NCBI RefSeq assembly: GCF_009914755.1
Contig: NC_060933.1
Source of the DNA: the human T2T-CHM13v2.0 reference genome, Homo sapiens
DNA length: 64,000 nt
Direction: 5' to 3' (one strand)
The stretch's first letter is position 1; every line of letters begins with the position of its first letter. A program made the position numbers and the translations under genes. Positions 1-14,355 of the stretch are shown here, piece by piece. Under the pieces are notes generated by a model. That model was not told the DNA's origin and made no database searches. It was given only the letters and a program-made list of their open reading frames with translations.

Positions 1-49
1 CTGAAACACTTCTGTTCCCAAACATTTCTGGTAAGGGATACTCAACTCG
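1..49. mobile_element. End of a Tigger4/MER46-type DNA transposon (terminal inverted repeat)
   Basis: aaacacttctgttcccaaacatttctggtaagggatactcaactcg followed by TA resembles the MER46/Tigger4 TIR; cut by the window edge. Confidence 0.6.
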
Positions 50-197
50 TATAAAGAAGCTGAGGCTTGGAAACGTTTAGTAACATGTAATAGCAAGTAG
101 ATGGCAAAGCTGAGAGTCAAATTCAGGCTGATCTAAATATTCACACCTTAGCCACCATGTAGTATTTCCTCCTATATTCCTGAAACTGTTGCCTAGA

Positions 198-379
198 CCG
201 CTGATTCTCATGTCTGACTGTACATCAGAAACCCCAAGAAGCTTATTAAAAATAGAGATTCCTGAACATTCTTCCCTCAGATATTTTGCTTTAGTAAATC
301 TGGAGTAAAGTACTGGAATCTGATCTATTTTTAAGTGGCTCCAGGTGATTCTGATGGATATCCAAGATCATGAACTGCC
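198..379. mobile_element. MER5-family hAT-Charlie MITE
   Basis: catcagaa...gcttattaaaaatagagattcctg...ccaggtgattctgatg motifs typical of MER5A/B. Confidence 0.6.
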
Positions 380-429
380 AATCTTGATCAGTGCAATAAG
401 CAGGAAACTCAAATTGGTTTGCTTATGTT

Positions 430-3170
430 TCTTTCAACAAATATTTGTTGAATTTTTACTATACACTAGGTGATATGGTTTGGCTCTGTGTCCTCACCCA
501 AATCTTATCTCAAATTGTAATCCCCACGTGTGAGGGGAGAAGCCTGGTGGGAAGTGATTGGATCATGGGGGCAGCTGTCCCCCTTGCTGTTCTCATGATG
601 GAGTTCTCATAAGATCTGATGGTTTAAAAGTGTGGCACTTCCCCTTTCATTCTCTCTCTCTCCTGCTGCCATATAAGACATGCGTTGCTTCCCCTTCCCC
701 TTCTGCCATGCCTATAAGTTTCCTGAGGCTTCCCCAGCCAGGCAGGACTGTGAGTCAATGAAACCTCTTTTCTTCACAAATTACTCAATCTCAGGTAGTT
801 CTTTATAGCAGTGTGAAAACAGACTAACACAGAAAATTGGTACTGAGAGAAGTGGGGCATTGCTATAAAGATACCTGAAAATGTGGAAGTGACTTTGGAA
901 TTGGGTAACAGGCAGTGGCTGGAGGAGTTTGGAAGGTCCAGAAGAAGACAGAAAGATATGGGAAAGTTTGGAACCTCCTAGAGATTTGTTGAATGGTTTT
1001 GACCAAAATGCTGATAGTGATATGGACAATGAAGTCCAGGCTTAGGTGGTCTCAGATGGAGATGAGGAACTTATTGGGAACTGGAGCAAAGGCCACTCTT
1101 GCTATGCTTTAGCAAAGAGACTCGTGGCATTTTGCCCCTGCCCTAGAGATCTGTGAAACTTTGAAGATAAGAGATGATTTAGGGTATCTGGCAGAAGAAA
1201 TTTCTGAACAGCAAAGCATTCAAGATGTGACCTGGCTTTTTCTAAAAGTGTACACTTATATGCATGAAGAAAGAGATGGTCTGAAAGTGGAACTTACATT
1301 TAGAAGGGAAGCAGAGCATAAAAGTTTAGAAAATTTGTAGCCTGATCATGCAGTAGAAAAGAAAAATCCATTTTCTGGGGAGAAATTCAAGCCAGCAGCA
1401 GAAATTTGCACAAGTAAGGAGGAGCTAAATGTTAATTGTCAAGACAATGGGGAAAATGTCTCCAGGGTACGTCAGAGATCTTCAAGGCAACCTCTCCCAT
1501 CACAGGCCCAGAGGCCTAGGAGAAAAAAGTGGTTTTGTTGGCCAGGCCCAGGGCCCTGCTGCTCTGTGCAGCCTCAGGACATGGTACCCTGAGTCCCAGC
1601 TGTTCTAGCTCTAGCCATGGCTAAAAGGGGCCAAGGTACAGCTTGGGCTGTGGCTTCACAGAGGGTGAAAGTCCCAAGGCAAGAGTTGAGGTTTGGGAAC
1701 CTCTGCCTAGATTTCAGAGGATGTATGGAAATGCCTGAATGTCCAGGCAGACATCAACTGCAGGGGCAGAGCCCTCATGGAGAACCTCTGCTAGGGCAGT
1801 GCAGAAGGGAAATGTGGGGTTGGAGCTCCCAAACAGAATTCCTACTGGGGCATTGCCTTGTGGAGCTGTGAAAGGAGGGCCACCATCCTCCACATCCCAG
1901 AATGGTAGATCTACTGACAGCTTGCACCAGGCACCTGGAAAAGCAATAGGTACTCAATGCCAGCTTGTGAAAGCAGCTGCAGGGGCTGTTCCCTGCCAAA
2001 CCATGGGGGTGGAGCAGCCCAAGGCCTTGGGAGCCCACCCCTTGCATCAGTGTGGCCTGTATGTAAGACATGGAGTCAAAGGAGATTTTGGGACTTTAAG
2101 ATTTAATGGCTACCCTGCTGGGTTTTTTTATTTGCATGGGGCCTGTAGCTTCTTTGTTTTGGCCAATTTCTTCCATTTGGAATCAGTGCATTTATCCAAT
2201 GCCTGTACCCCTATTGTATCTTAGAAGTCACTAACTTGTTTTTAATTTTATAGGCTGATAGGTGGAAGAGACTTGCTTTGTCTCAGATGATACTTTGGAC
2301 TTGGACTTTTGAGTTACTGCTGAAATGAGTTAAGACTTTGCAGAACTGCTGGGAAGGGATGATTGTGTTTTGCAATGTGAGAAGAACATGAGATTTGGGA
2401 GGGGTCAGCGGTGGAATGATATGGTGTGGCTCTGTGTCCCCATCTAAATATCTCAAATTTTAATCCCCATGTGTCAGGGGAGGGCCTGTTGGGAAGTGAT
2501 TAGATCATGGGGAAGACCTTCTGCCTTGCTGTTCTTGTCTTAGAGTTCTTATAAGATCTGATGGTTTAAAAGTGTGGCAGTTCCCCCTTCACTTGTTTTC
2601 TCTCCTGCCACCATGTAAGACATGCCTTGCTTCACCTTCAGCTTCCACCATGATTATAAGTTTCCTGAGGCCTTCCTAGTCATGTGGAACTGTGAGTCAA
2701 TTAACCCACTTTTCTTCATAAATAACCCAGTTTCAGTTAGTTCCTTATAGCAGTGTGAAAATGGTCTAATATACCAGGTATAGTTCTGGGTGCTTGAGTT
2801 ACAGCTGGAAATAAATACAATTCCTGCTCTTGTGAAACTTATATTCTAGTTGGAGCAGTCAGACAGTGAAAAAACTGGTGATACATGCTATGCAGAAAAA
2901 GAAAACATGGGGAATAGAGAAGGATGAGGCAGTGTGTATGGAATTTCAGGTGGGATGGTTAGTGAAGTCTTCTTGATAATGTCACATCTGAGCAAAAGCC
3001 TGGATAAAGTGAGAGAGTAACTCACAGAGTACCTGAGCAGGTGTCCAGAGAGAACCTCAAGGGCAACAATCCTGAGGTGGGAGCACACTTGTTATCTATA
3101 GGTGATATTAACAATGTGGCCATAATCAGGTGAGCAAGACTGGAGGAAAAATGATGAGAAATTAATCTGG
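430..3170 (-). mobile_element. L2 3' fragment interrupted by the THE1 provirus
   Basis: ttcaacaaatatttgttgaatttttactatacactagg (432-470) continues as ccaggtatagttctgggtgct...ttatattctagt after 2773, matching the L2 3' end in reverse. Confidence 0.6.
471..2773 (+). mobile_element. Complete ERVL-MaLR provirus, THE1D-like (5' LTR 471-831, internal 832-2416, 3' LTR 2417-2773)
   Basis: Two ~360-bp direct repeats starting tgatatgg and ending ctaacaca/ctaatata; ~1.58-kb internal region with THE1-int motifs; 5-bp TSD ctagg (466-470) / ccagg (2774-2778). Confidence 0.92.
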
Positions 3171-5236
3171 AGAGGAGAAAGAATGTCCTCTCTGATTGAA
3201 GAAGTCAGCAGATTCATAGACAAATTCCAAAGAGGTTGCTATAAAAACCCCTTCTGGAAGTGAAACAAGGATGTTCTATTTTTTTTCCTCCAGCTGTTGT
3301 GGTGATTATAAGATGACAATGCAGTCTGCCCTTTTTCTGCAAGTAGGCATCCTGAAATGTGGAATTCCAGAGCCCACAGGCTCATCTATGCCTGTTTGGG
3401 CTGCAAGAGTGAATTAGTTCAGCAGCACTGACAAAGGACCACCCCCTGGAATTATAGATAATGTTTATTGCCCAAGTAAAGATTCCAAGGGTGCCTAAAA
3501 TACCATTTGAAATACCATTTGATTCTAGGTAGTGCTGAGAATCTTTGAGGGTTCTACACAGCAGTGAAAGAACATCAACAGAGCAGTTCACAAATAGATC
3601 CTGGGGGATGCTCCTTCTTCCTTGGGGCAAGCTCTATAGCTGCATACACCCAGTCAGCATCTTCTGTCAGCTAGGACCCACCGAGTGCAAGTTCAACGCT
3701 TCCACATGGCATCTCCTTGGGGGGTACCCATAGTGTGCTTGATGCTTTAAATTTCTACTCAAATTCTTTCAGACACCTTGGGGACTTTATTCACCACATA
3801 TTACTAGAAGGATTTTGTAAAGTGTGCTTCCTCAAAACATTACAGGTTGAGACCAAAAATAAACAGATTATTTTAGTCCATGCTTACTCAAGGCTGTGGT
3901 AGGTACAAAGGCAGCTTCTCAGAGGTACTCTCAGAATTTAAGGGAAGGCTCAGGAAAAGTCAGCCTTTAAGAGTGGGATAGCATGCATGAGAGTGCATGT
4001 TTTACTCACAGAAGGGCCTCACCCTCACACGGTTTCTATCTATTTTGCTGAGAAGATTCTACAGATTAGGATGGCTAACACCTTGTCCTGGGACTAAGTT
4101 GGAATTCCAGAAGGAATTTACCTAAGTACTAACATTACTGTCTGCATACTTGAAGAGGCAATGCTATGGTGGCTACAGGGTGGTAGAATTCATGAAAGCT
4201 GGAAAAAGGGAAGAGGACAGGAAGAATAAGTCTCTGTGTATCCAGTCCTGTCCAGAGAAAAGGAATCTAGCTAACTAGCATGAGTGCTCACTTATTCTTT
4301 ACCTATCTAGAATAGAAATTAGTATGTCCAGCCTTCAGGTCTTGAAAAGACTTTAAAATCATCCCACTCCCTCGACTCTTGCTCTCAGCCAAGCATGCAA
4401 CAACTTCACAGAAGTGGGTTATCACTGAGAATACACTGAGCAGTTAACCTTGATATTTCAGATTTTTTGAGGATTTTTTTATTTTTAATTTGTGCGTGTA
4501 CATAATAGGTGTATATATTTATGGGGCACATGAGATACTTTGATATAGGCATGAAATGGAATAATCGCATCATGGTAAATGGGGTATATCCATCTTCTCA
4601 GGCATTCATCCTTTGTATTACAAACAATCCAGTTATACTCTTTTAGTTATTTAAAAATGTACACTGAAATTATAGTTGACTGTAGTCACCGTGTTGTGTA
4701 ATCAAATACTAGATCTTATTCATTCTTTCTATTTTTTTTGTACCCATTAGCTATCCCCGCTTCCCACCCACTCCCCCTCTGCCTTCCCAGCCTCTGGTAG
4801 CCATCCTTTTGTGTGCTCTCTCCATCAGCTCAATTGCTTTGATTTTTAGCTTCCAGAAATAAGTGAGAAAATGCAAAGTTGTCTTTCTGTGCCTGTGTTA
4901 TTTCACTTAACATAATGGCCTCCAGTTCCATCCATGTTGCTGCAGACGGCATGATCTCTTTCTTTGTTATGGCTGAAAGTTCTCCGTTGTATAGATGTAC
5001 CACACTTTCTTCATCCATTCATCTGTTGTCAAACACTTAGGTTGCTTCCAAATCTTGGCTATTGTGAATAGTGCTGAAATAAACATGGGAGTGTGGATAT
5101 CTCTTCAATATACAAATTTCCTTTCTTTTGGGTATATACCTAGCAGTGGGATTTCTGGATTGTATGGTAGCTCTACTTTTCATTTTTTAAAGCTTCAAAC
5201 TGTTATCCATAGTGGTTGTATTAATTTACATTCTGA

Positions 5237-5587
<351 letters not shown>

Positions 5588-8538
5588 TCTCTCCAGTGTT
5601 TGTTACTGCCTGTCTTTTGAATAAAAGCCACTTTAACTGGGGTGAGAAGATATCTCATTGTAGTTTTGATTTGCATTTCTCTGATGATCAATGATGTTGA
5701 GCAAATTTTCATTTGCCTGTTTGCCATTTGTATGTCTTCTTTTGAGAAATATCTATTGAAATCTTTTGCCCATTTTTTTTCTTACATACTCTCCCATCCA
5801 ATCTTTTGCTCATTTTAAAATAAGATTATTAGATTTTTTTTCTTACAGAGTTGTTTGAGCTTCTTATATTTTGTGCCTATTAATCCTTTGGCAGATGAGT
5901 AGTTTGTAAATACTTTCTCTCATTCTGTGTGTTGTCTCCTCACTTTGTTGATTGCCTCCTTTGCTGTGCAGAAGGTTTTAAACATGATGTAATCTCATTT
6001 TTGCATTTTTGCTTTCAATGCCTGTTCTTGTACAGTATTACTTAAGAAACTTTTGCCTAAATCAGTGTCTCAGAGAGTTCCCCCAATATTTTCTTGTAGT
6101 GGTTTCATAGGTTGAGGTGTTAGGTTTAAGTCTTTAATCGATTTTGATTTGATTTTTGTATGTGGTGAGAGATAGGCATCAAGTTTCATTTTTCTGCATA
6201 TGGATATCCAGTTTTCCCAGCACCATTTATCAAAGAGACTCTTTTCCTCAAGGTATGTTCTTCACACCTTTGTTGAAAATGAGTTCGCTGTAGGTGTATG
6301 GATTTGTTTCTGGGTTCTCGATTCTGTTCCATTATTCTATGTGTGTTTTTATGCCAGTACTATGCTGTTTTGGTTATTATAGCTCTGTAGTATAAATTGA
6401 AGAAATGTAATGTGATTCCTCCAGTTTTGTTCATTTTTCCAATGATAGCTTTGGTTATTCCAGGTCTTTTATGGTTCCATATAAATTTGAGGATTGTGTT
6501 TTCTGTTTCTGTGAAGAACTATGTTGGTATTTTGATAGGTATTGCATTGAGCCTGTAGATTGCTTTGGGCAGTGTGGGCATTTTAAAAACATTGATTCTT
6601 CCAATCCATGAATATGGAATATCTTTCCATTTTGTGGTGTCCTTTTCAATGTCTTTCATCAGTGCTCTGTAGTTTTCATTGTAGAGATCTTTCACTTCTT
6701 TGGTTAATTCCTAGGTATTTACTTTCATTTGTGGCTGTTGTAAATGGGATTACTTTTTAAATTTCTTTTTCAGATTCTTCTCTGTTGGCATGTAGAAATT
6801 TTACTTATTTTTGTATGTTGATTTTGTGTACTGCAACTTTACTGAATTTGTTTATCACTTCTAATAGTTTCTCTGGATTTCATTTTCTCTAGATTTTCCA
6901 ATTTATTGGCATACAGTAGCTCATAGTAGCAACTAATGATTCTTTGAATTTCTGCAGTATTAATTGTGGTGTCTCATTTTCATCTCTGATATTATTTATT
7001 TAGATATTCTTTCTTATTTAGTCTGAGTAAAGATTTGCCAATTTTTTTATCTTTTCAAAAAATCAAATTTTTATTTCATTATTATTTTCTATTATTTTCT
7101 TCATTTCAATTTCATTTATTTCTGCTCTGATATTTATTATTTGTTTTCCTCTACTAATTTTGGATTTGGTTTGCTATTGCTTTTACAGTTCTTTAAGACA
7201 CATCATTAGATTATTTATTTGAAGTTTTTCTTCTTTGACGTGGGCATATATGGCTATATATTTCCCTTTTAGTACTGCTTTCGCTATATTCCATAGGTTT
7301 TGGTATGTTATGTTTCCATTATCTTTTGTTTCAAGAAATTTTTAAATTTTCTTCTTAATTTCTTCATTGACCCACAATTATTCAGGAGCATATTGTTTAA
7401 TTTTCATGTGTTGTATAGTTTCCAAAATTCCTCTTGTTATGGATTTCTAGTTTTATACCATTGTGGTCAGAAAAGATGTTTAATTTATTTCAATTTTTGT
7501 GAATGTTTTAAGACTTGGTTTGTGACTTAACATATGGCCTATCCTTGAGATGATCCATGTGCTGAGGAGAAAAGTGTGCATGCTGTAGTTGTTGGATAAA
7601 ATGTTCTGTAAATATCTATCAGGTTCATTTGTTCTATAGGGCAGATTAAGTCCAAATATTTCTTTGTTGATTTTCTGTCTGGAAGATTTGTCCAGTGCTG
7701 AAAGTGGGATGTTGTAGTCTTCAGCTGTTATTGTATTGTCTCTCTCCTTAGCTCTAATAATATTTGTTTTGTATATCTGGATACTCCACTGCTGGGTGCA
7801 CATATATTTACAATTGTTATATCCTCCTGCTAAATTGACTAATTTATCATTATATAATTAGGCTTTTTGTCCGTTTTTACAGTTTTTGTCTTGAAATCTA
7901 TTTTGTTTGATATAAGTATAGCTACCCCTGCTCTTTTATGGTTTCCATTAGCTTGGCATACTTTTTCTATCCCTTTGTTTTCCTCTGTGTGTGTCTTTAT
8001 AGGTGAAGTGTGTTTCTTAGAGGCAACAGATCATTGGGTACTTTTTTTTTTAACCAATTCAGCCACTCTATCTTTTGATTAGAGAGTTTAGTCCATTTAC
8101 ACTCATTGTTATTATTGATAAGTCAGGACTTACTCCGGCCATTTTGTTATTTGTTTTCTGGTTGTTTTGTTGTCTTCTCTTCCTTCTTTCCTTCCTTTCT
8201 GTCTTCCATTTAGTGAAAATAATTTTTTCTGGTGGTATAATTTAATTTCTTGGTTTGTGTGTGTGTGTATTCACTGAATGTTTTTCAAGCTGAGGTTACC
8301 ATGAGGCTTGCAGATACTATTATATAACCCATTATTTTAAGCTGATGACAACTTAACACTTGTTTGTTTGCATAAACAAAGAAGCAAAAATAAAATTAAT
8401 AAAAATTCTATACTTTAACTTCATCCCCCCTTTAACTTTTTGTTGTTTCTCTTTATGACTTATTGTACTATCTATGTTGTGAAAAGTTGTTGTTATTTTT
8501 GATTGGTTCATAACATAATCTTTCTACTTAAGAATAGT

Positions 8539-8851
<313 letters not shown>

Positions 8852-9652
8852 TTACACACCACAGTTACAATGTTATAATATTCTATGTGCTATTATCAGT
8901 GAGTTTTGTACCTTCAGCTAATTTTTTATTGCTCATTAATGTCCTTTTCTTTCAGATTGAAGAACTCCCTTCACACTTATTGTAGAACAGATCTAACGTT
9001 GATGAAATCCCTCAGCTTTTGTTTGTCTGAGAAGGTCTTTCTTTCTCCTTCATGCTTGAAGGATATATTCACTGGATATACTATTCTAGGGTAAAAGATT
9101 TTCCTTCAGCACTTTAAATAGATCATGCCACTCTCTCCTGCCCTGTAAGGTTTCCACTGAAAAGTCTGCCACAAGATGTATTGAAGCAGCATTTTATGTT
9201 GTTTCTTTTCCCTTGCTCCTTTTAGGATCCTTTCTTTATCCTTGACCTTGGGGAGTTTGATTATTAAAACACTTCAGGTAGTCTTCTTTGGGTTAAATCT
9301 GCTTGGTGTTCTATAACCTTCTTGTATTTGGATATTGATCTCTCTCTCTAGGTTTGGGAAGTTCTCTTATATTATTGCTTTAAATAAATATTATATCCCT
9401 GTCTCTTTATCTACTTCCTCTTTAGCTCAATAACTCTTAGATTTGCCCTTTTGAGGCTAGTTTCTAGATCTTGTAGGCTTGCTTCATTGTTTTTTATTCT
9501 TTATTCCTTTGTCTCCTCTGACTGTGTATTTTCAAATAGCCCTTCTTCAAGCTCACAAATTCTTTCTTCTGCTTGACCAGTTCTGCTATTAAGAGAATCC
9601 AATGCATTCTTCATTGCCTATTGCATTTTTCAACAGTAGAATTTTTGTTTGA

Positions 9653-9974
<322 letters not shown>

Positions 9975-12403
9975 TTGATTATTTTTAATTATTTCAATCT
10001 CTTGGTTTAATTTATTTAACAGAATTCTGAATTCCTTATCGATGTTATTTTGTATTTCTTTGAGTTTCCTCAAAATAACTATTTTGAATTATCTGTCTGA
10101 AAGCACATATTTGTTTCTTTAGGATTGGTTCCCGGTGCCTCATTTAGTTAATTTGTTGAGGTCATGTTTTCTTGGACGGTCTCAATGTTTGTCAGTGTTT
10201 GTCAATGTTTGGCCTTGAAGAGTTAGGCATTTATTGTAGTCTTTGCAATTTGGGCTTATTACCTTCTCAGGAATGCTTTCCAGGTATTAGAAGGGACTTC
10301 AGTCCCAAGACCAATAGCACTGTGGCTCTTGGAGACTCATAGAGGTACTACCTTGGTAGTCTTGGACAAGATCTGGAAGAACTCTCTGGATTACCAGGCA
10401 GAGACTCTTGTTTTTTTCCCTTACTTTCTCCCTGCAAAATGGAGTCATTCTCTCTATGTTGAGCTGCCTGGAACTGGGGGTGAAGGGACATGAGCACCGC
10501 TGTGGCCAGTACCATTGGAACTATGCTGGCTCATACCCGAAGCCAGTACAGCACTGGGTCTTGCTGAAGGCCCGAGGTAACTAATACCTGGCTATCACCT
10601 ATGTTCCCTCAAGGCCCTAGGTCTCTATAATCAGCAGGTGACAAAGCCAGCCAGGTTTTATCCCTCCTTTCAGGGCAGTGTGTTGGGTCCAGAAATGCTG
10701 TCCGAGAGCCAGGGATTGGAGTAAAAAGCTGTAGAAATGTACCTGATGTTCTCTTCTACTGAATCTAAGCTGACACTCAAACCACAAGGCAAAAGTTCTT
10801 CCTGCTCTTCCATCTCTTTTCTACAGGCGCAGAGGAGCCTCTCCCAGTTGCCAACACTACCACCAGCCCATGAAGGATTCTGCCAGGCCACCACCAATGT
10901 TCACTTAAATTCCAAAGGCTCTTCAGTCAACTTGTGGTGAATGCTGTCAGGACTGGGACTCACTCTTCAGGGGAGTTGGCTCCCCTCCAATCCAGGACAG
11001 GTTCAGAAATACTGTCTAAGGGCCCAGACCTGGACTTGAGAAACCCAAGAGTTTGCTTGGTGCTTTACCCTCTGTGGCTGAGCTGGTACCTCAGGTGCAA
11101 GAAAAAGTCCCCTTTACTTTCCCTCTGCTTTTCTCAAACAGAAGGTATCTTTCACCATAGCCACCATAGCTGGGAATGTGCTGCATCACACCTGAAGCCA
11201 GCATGTCTCAGAGCCCAAGGCCCACAGTGTACTACCTGGATGTTGCTATTGGTTATTTAGGACCCAAGAGTTCTTTAGGCAGCAGGTGACATATCCTGCC
11301 AGGACTGAGTCCTTCCCTTCAAGGCAGTGGGTTCTCTTTTGGCTGAGGGTATGTCTAGAAATGTCCTTGAGCTAAGGCCTATAATGGGGGCTTCACAACT
11401 CTGCCTGGTGCCCTATTCTACCATGTCTGAGCTGGTCTCCAAGATGCAAGGCAAGGTCCTCTTTACTCTTTGCTCTCCTCTCCTCAAGCAGAAGGAAGGG
11501 GTCACTTTCATTGCTCTGGACTCCACTGACTGGGACTGGGGAGGGATGGTGCAAGTACTTCCTTTGCCACTGCATCTGGTATCTCATTAGGTCACGTGCC
11601 CCCACCCAAGTCCACCAGCTCTAAGCCCAGACCAGTACTAGGACTTGCCTAAGAATTGCAGTCCTTGTGTCCTAGACCACCTGTCAAGTTTACCTAGAAC
11701 CTCTGATCACTTTGGCCAGCAGGGAAATTCGAGTTCCACCAGCTGGGATGGGCAATTCCCCTCTGGCTAGATCTGATTCAAATGCTTCTTCTGTGCAAAG
11801 GCACTGGCTGAGCCCAGCATGGCTTTGCTCTCCTCTGTGACAGGGTAGTGCTGAGTTCAATGTAATGTCCCTCAGTGACTGTATTCTCCCTCCTGGAAGT
11901 GCACAGACCCTCCATCCTACATTGCTGCTGCTTGGGGGTGGAGGAGGAGAGGTAGTGTCAATGATTCAAGACTGTCTCTCCTAGCCTCTTCAGTGCTTCT
12001 TTCAGTGATATAAAGTTGAAGCCAGGTACTATGATTGCTTGCCTGATTTTTGGTTCTTGTGAAAGGGCTTTGTTGTGTGTAGTAGTTAAATTTTGTAGTA
12101 GTTAAAATTTGGTGTTACTGCTGGGGGAAAGATAGCATATGCTTCTATTAAGCCATCTTGCTCTGCCCTCCTGAGAGGTTTTTTGTTTTGTTTTGTTTTT
12201 AAACTGTTAATTTCTTGTTGTGAATTAGTCACTCTGATTAACATGAATTGATCTCAAAAGTCTTGGACTGATAAAATTGAGCTGCTGTACCCCAAGGGGG
12301 TGATGCTGTTAGAGGGCAGCTGGTCTGTCTCTTTAATACCTTTCTTCCAAACTTAACCTGGGTAAATAGGTATGACCTACCCCAAGGAAATTTTAGACTC
12401 AAT

Positions 12404-12404
<1 letters not shown>

Positions 12405-12447
<43 letters not shown>
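12405..12447. repeat. (AG)n microsatellite, about 21 units
   Basis: Perfect AG run followed by aatg repeats. Confidence 0.97.
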
Positions 12448-12452
<5 letters not shown>

Positions 12453-12727
12453 TGAATGGGTTCATAATCATAACCTGAAGAAAAAGTCAACCTCACATTA
12501 GAAACTGAAGGGACTACTGATATGGTCAGGGCTAAAACAACTGATTCCTTGATTGCCAATAACTATTATCCAAAGCATAATAAGCACAACACATATTTAT
12601 AAGGATGGATATACTTTTGCAATATTTATGTCTCGATGTAATTAAAAATCAGAGATCCTTTATTGGAAGAGACCTCAGGAGAGCATCTGGTCTAGTTCCA
12701 GCCCTGAAGCAGGTAAGGGTAGAGCTG

Positions 12728-13089
12728 TGTATTAGTCCATTTTCATGCTGCTGATGAAGACATACTCGAGAATGGGTAGTTTATAAAGAAAAAGAGGTTT
12801 AATGGACTCACAGTTCCACGTGGCTGGGAGGCCTTACAATCATGACAGAAGGTGAAAAGCATGTCTTACATGGCAGCAGGCAAGAAAGAATGAGAAACAA
12901 GCGAAAGGGATTTCCCCTTATAAAACCGTAAGATCTTGTGAGACTTATTCACTACCACTAGGACAGTATGGGGGAAACCATCCCCATGATTCAGTTATCT
13001 CCCACCAGCTCCCTCCCACAACACGTGAGGATTATGGGAGCTACAATTCAAGATGAGATTTGGGTGGGGGAGACAGCCAAGTCACATCA
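12728..13089 (-). mobile_element. THE1B/C-like solo LTR
   Basis: tgtattagtccattttcatgctgctg...cagccaagtcacatca, 362 bp; perfect TSD agctg (12723-12727 and 13090-13094). Confidence 0.92.
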
Positions 13090-13099
13090 AGCTGAAATA

Positions 13100-13262
13100 G
13101 TTCTTAGGATTATCTGGTTTAATATCATGGTTTTATCAGTGAGGAAACCAAGATCCTCAGCTGGCAAACGAATTGTCCATTTCAGTACAATTAGCTAATG
13201 GCAAAATTGGTGTTAGAATCTAGTTCTCTGGTGATCTGGTTAAGTATCCTTTCCATTACTGC
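13100..13262 (-). mobile_element. MIR fragment
   Basis: ttttatcagtgaggaaaccaag...agctaatggcaaaattgg..tagaatctag. Confidence 0.5.
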
Positions 13263-14355
13263 TACCTTATTGTTGCTATCATATCACTCACTTTTACTGA
13301 TAAGCCCAGTGAGTAAATAGACTCACCCAGAGAGCTATATGCTGCTTTATTACTCTCAGTAATGTAATCTGAAAGTCAGCTATAGTGCACAGTTTATACA
13401 CTGAACAAAAAAGATTAATAAAGACTCATGAGATAAAGAAAATGACCATTTTTATTTTTATCTTTAGTTCAATCTTTCTATTTTGCAGTTGATTTTTTTA
13501 TTTTTTTCCCTCTAATAAGCTCACTTGCCAGTCCTATCTTTTGGACAAGTTGTTCCTGCCATCTCTGTTTTTATAAGTTCTCTCAAATGTTTATTACCCT
13601 TTAGTACAGAATTATTTGTCCCCGGATTCTTTTGGTTATGTATCTAAGCACTTGGGTTATTTTAATAATGACTTTCCTCTCAGTAAGTCTGTTTGGATTT
13701 ATGTTAGCTACAGCTCTTTCCCAATTAAACTAAGTCACCCCAAGGTTTCTAAGACCATAAGATCAAACTTATTGATGACTTCAATTCTTAGAAGTCAATC
13801 TTGTCTTATTGCATACAGAGCCTTAGCTCAGTAACAAGGTCTTATTACAAAGGGAAAGCACGAAGTGTTCATTATAATGGATATCATTGTGATAGGTTAT
13901 TATTATCCACTGAGAGAACTGCAAGTGAAGAAGTTTGCTTGGAGTTCTGCCATCGCTCCTCTGCCTTAGATAAGCAACTGATTTACTAGGAATCAAAATA
14001 TCCAGTACATGGAAGATACAGTGAGTTGCCCCACAAGAAACTGAAAATAAGAATGTGCCTTGAGAGTTCAATAATAAAGTCAACACAATGAATAAGGACA
14101 AAGATGTTGGACATCACTTTGAAGATGTGGGGTGATTTCCAGGATGGAGAAAGTATTCTTATTGATAGTGTTAACACATCTGAATAATGAATGAGTAAAA
14201 GCAAAGTGGCTTGTTTAACCATAAATGTGCAGGGAAGGGAGTGCTCAAAGACAGCAGTGCCTAGGAAGAAGGGCAGGGGTGCCTCAGGGAGTAAATGTCA
14301 AGTATAAGAGACAATATCCTGAGACCTTCAATAATCCCCAAATATCATAGAATTC

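Noticed and set aside
1739-2224. 161-aa ORF
   Set aside because: Lies wholly within the THE1 internal region; a MaLR remnant, not a host gene.
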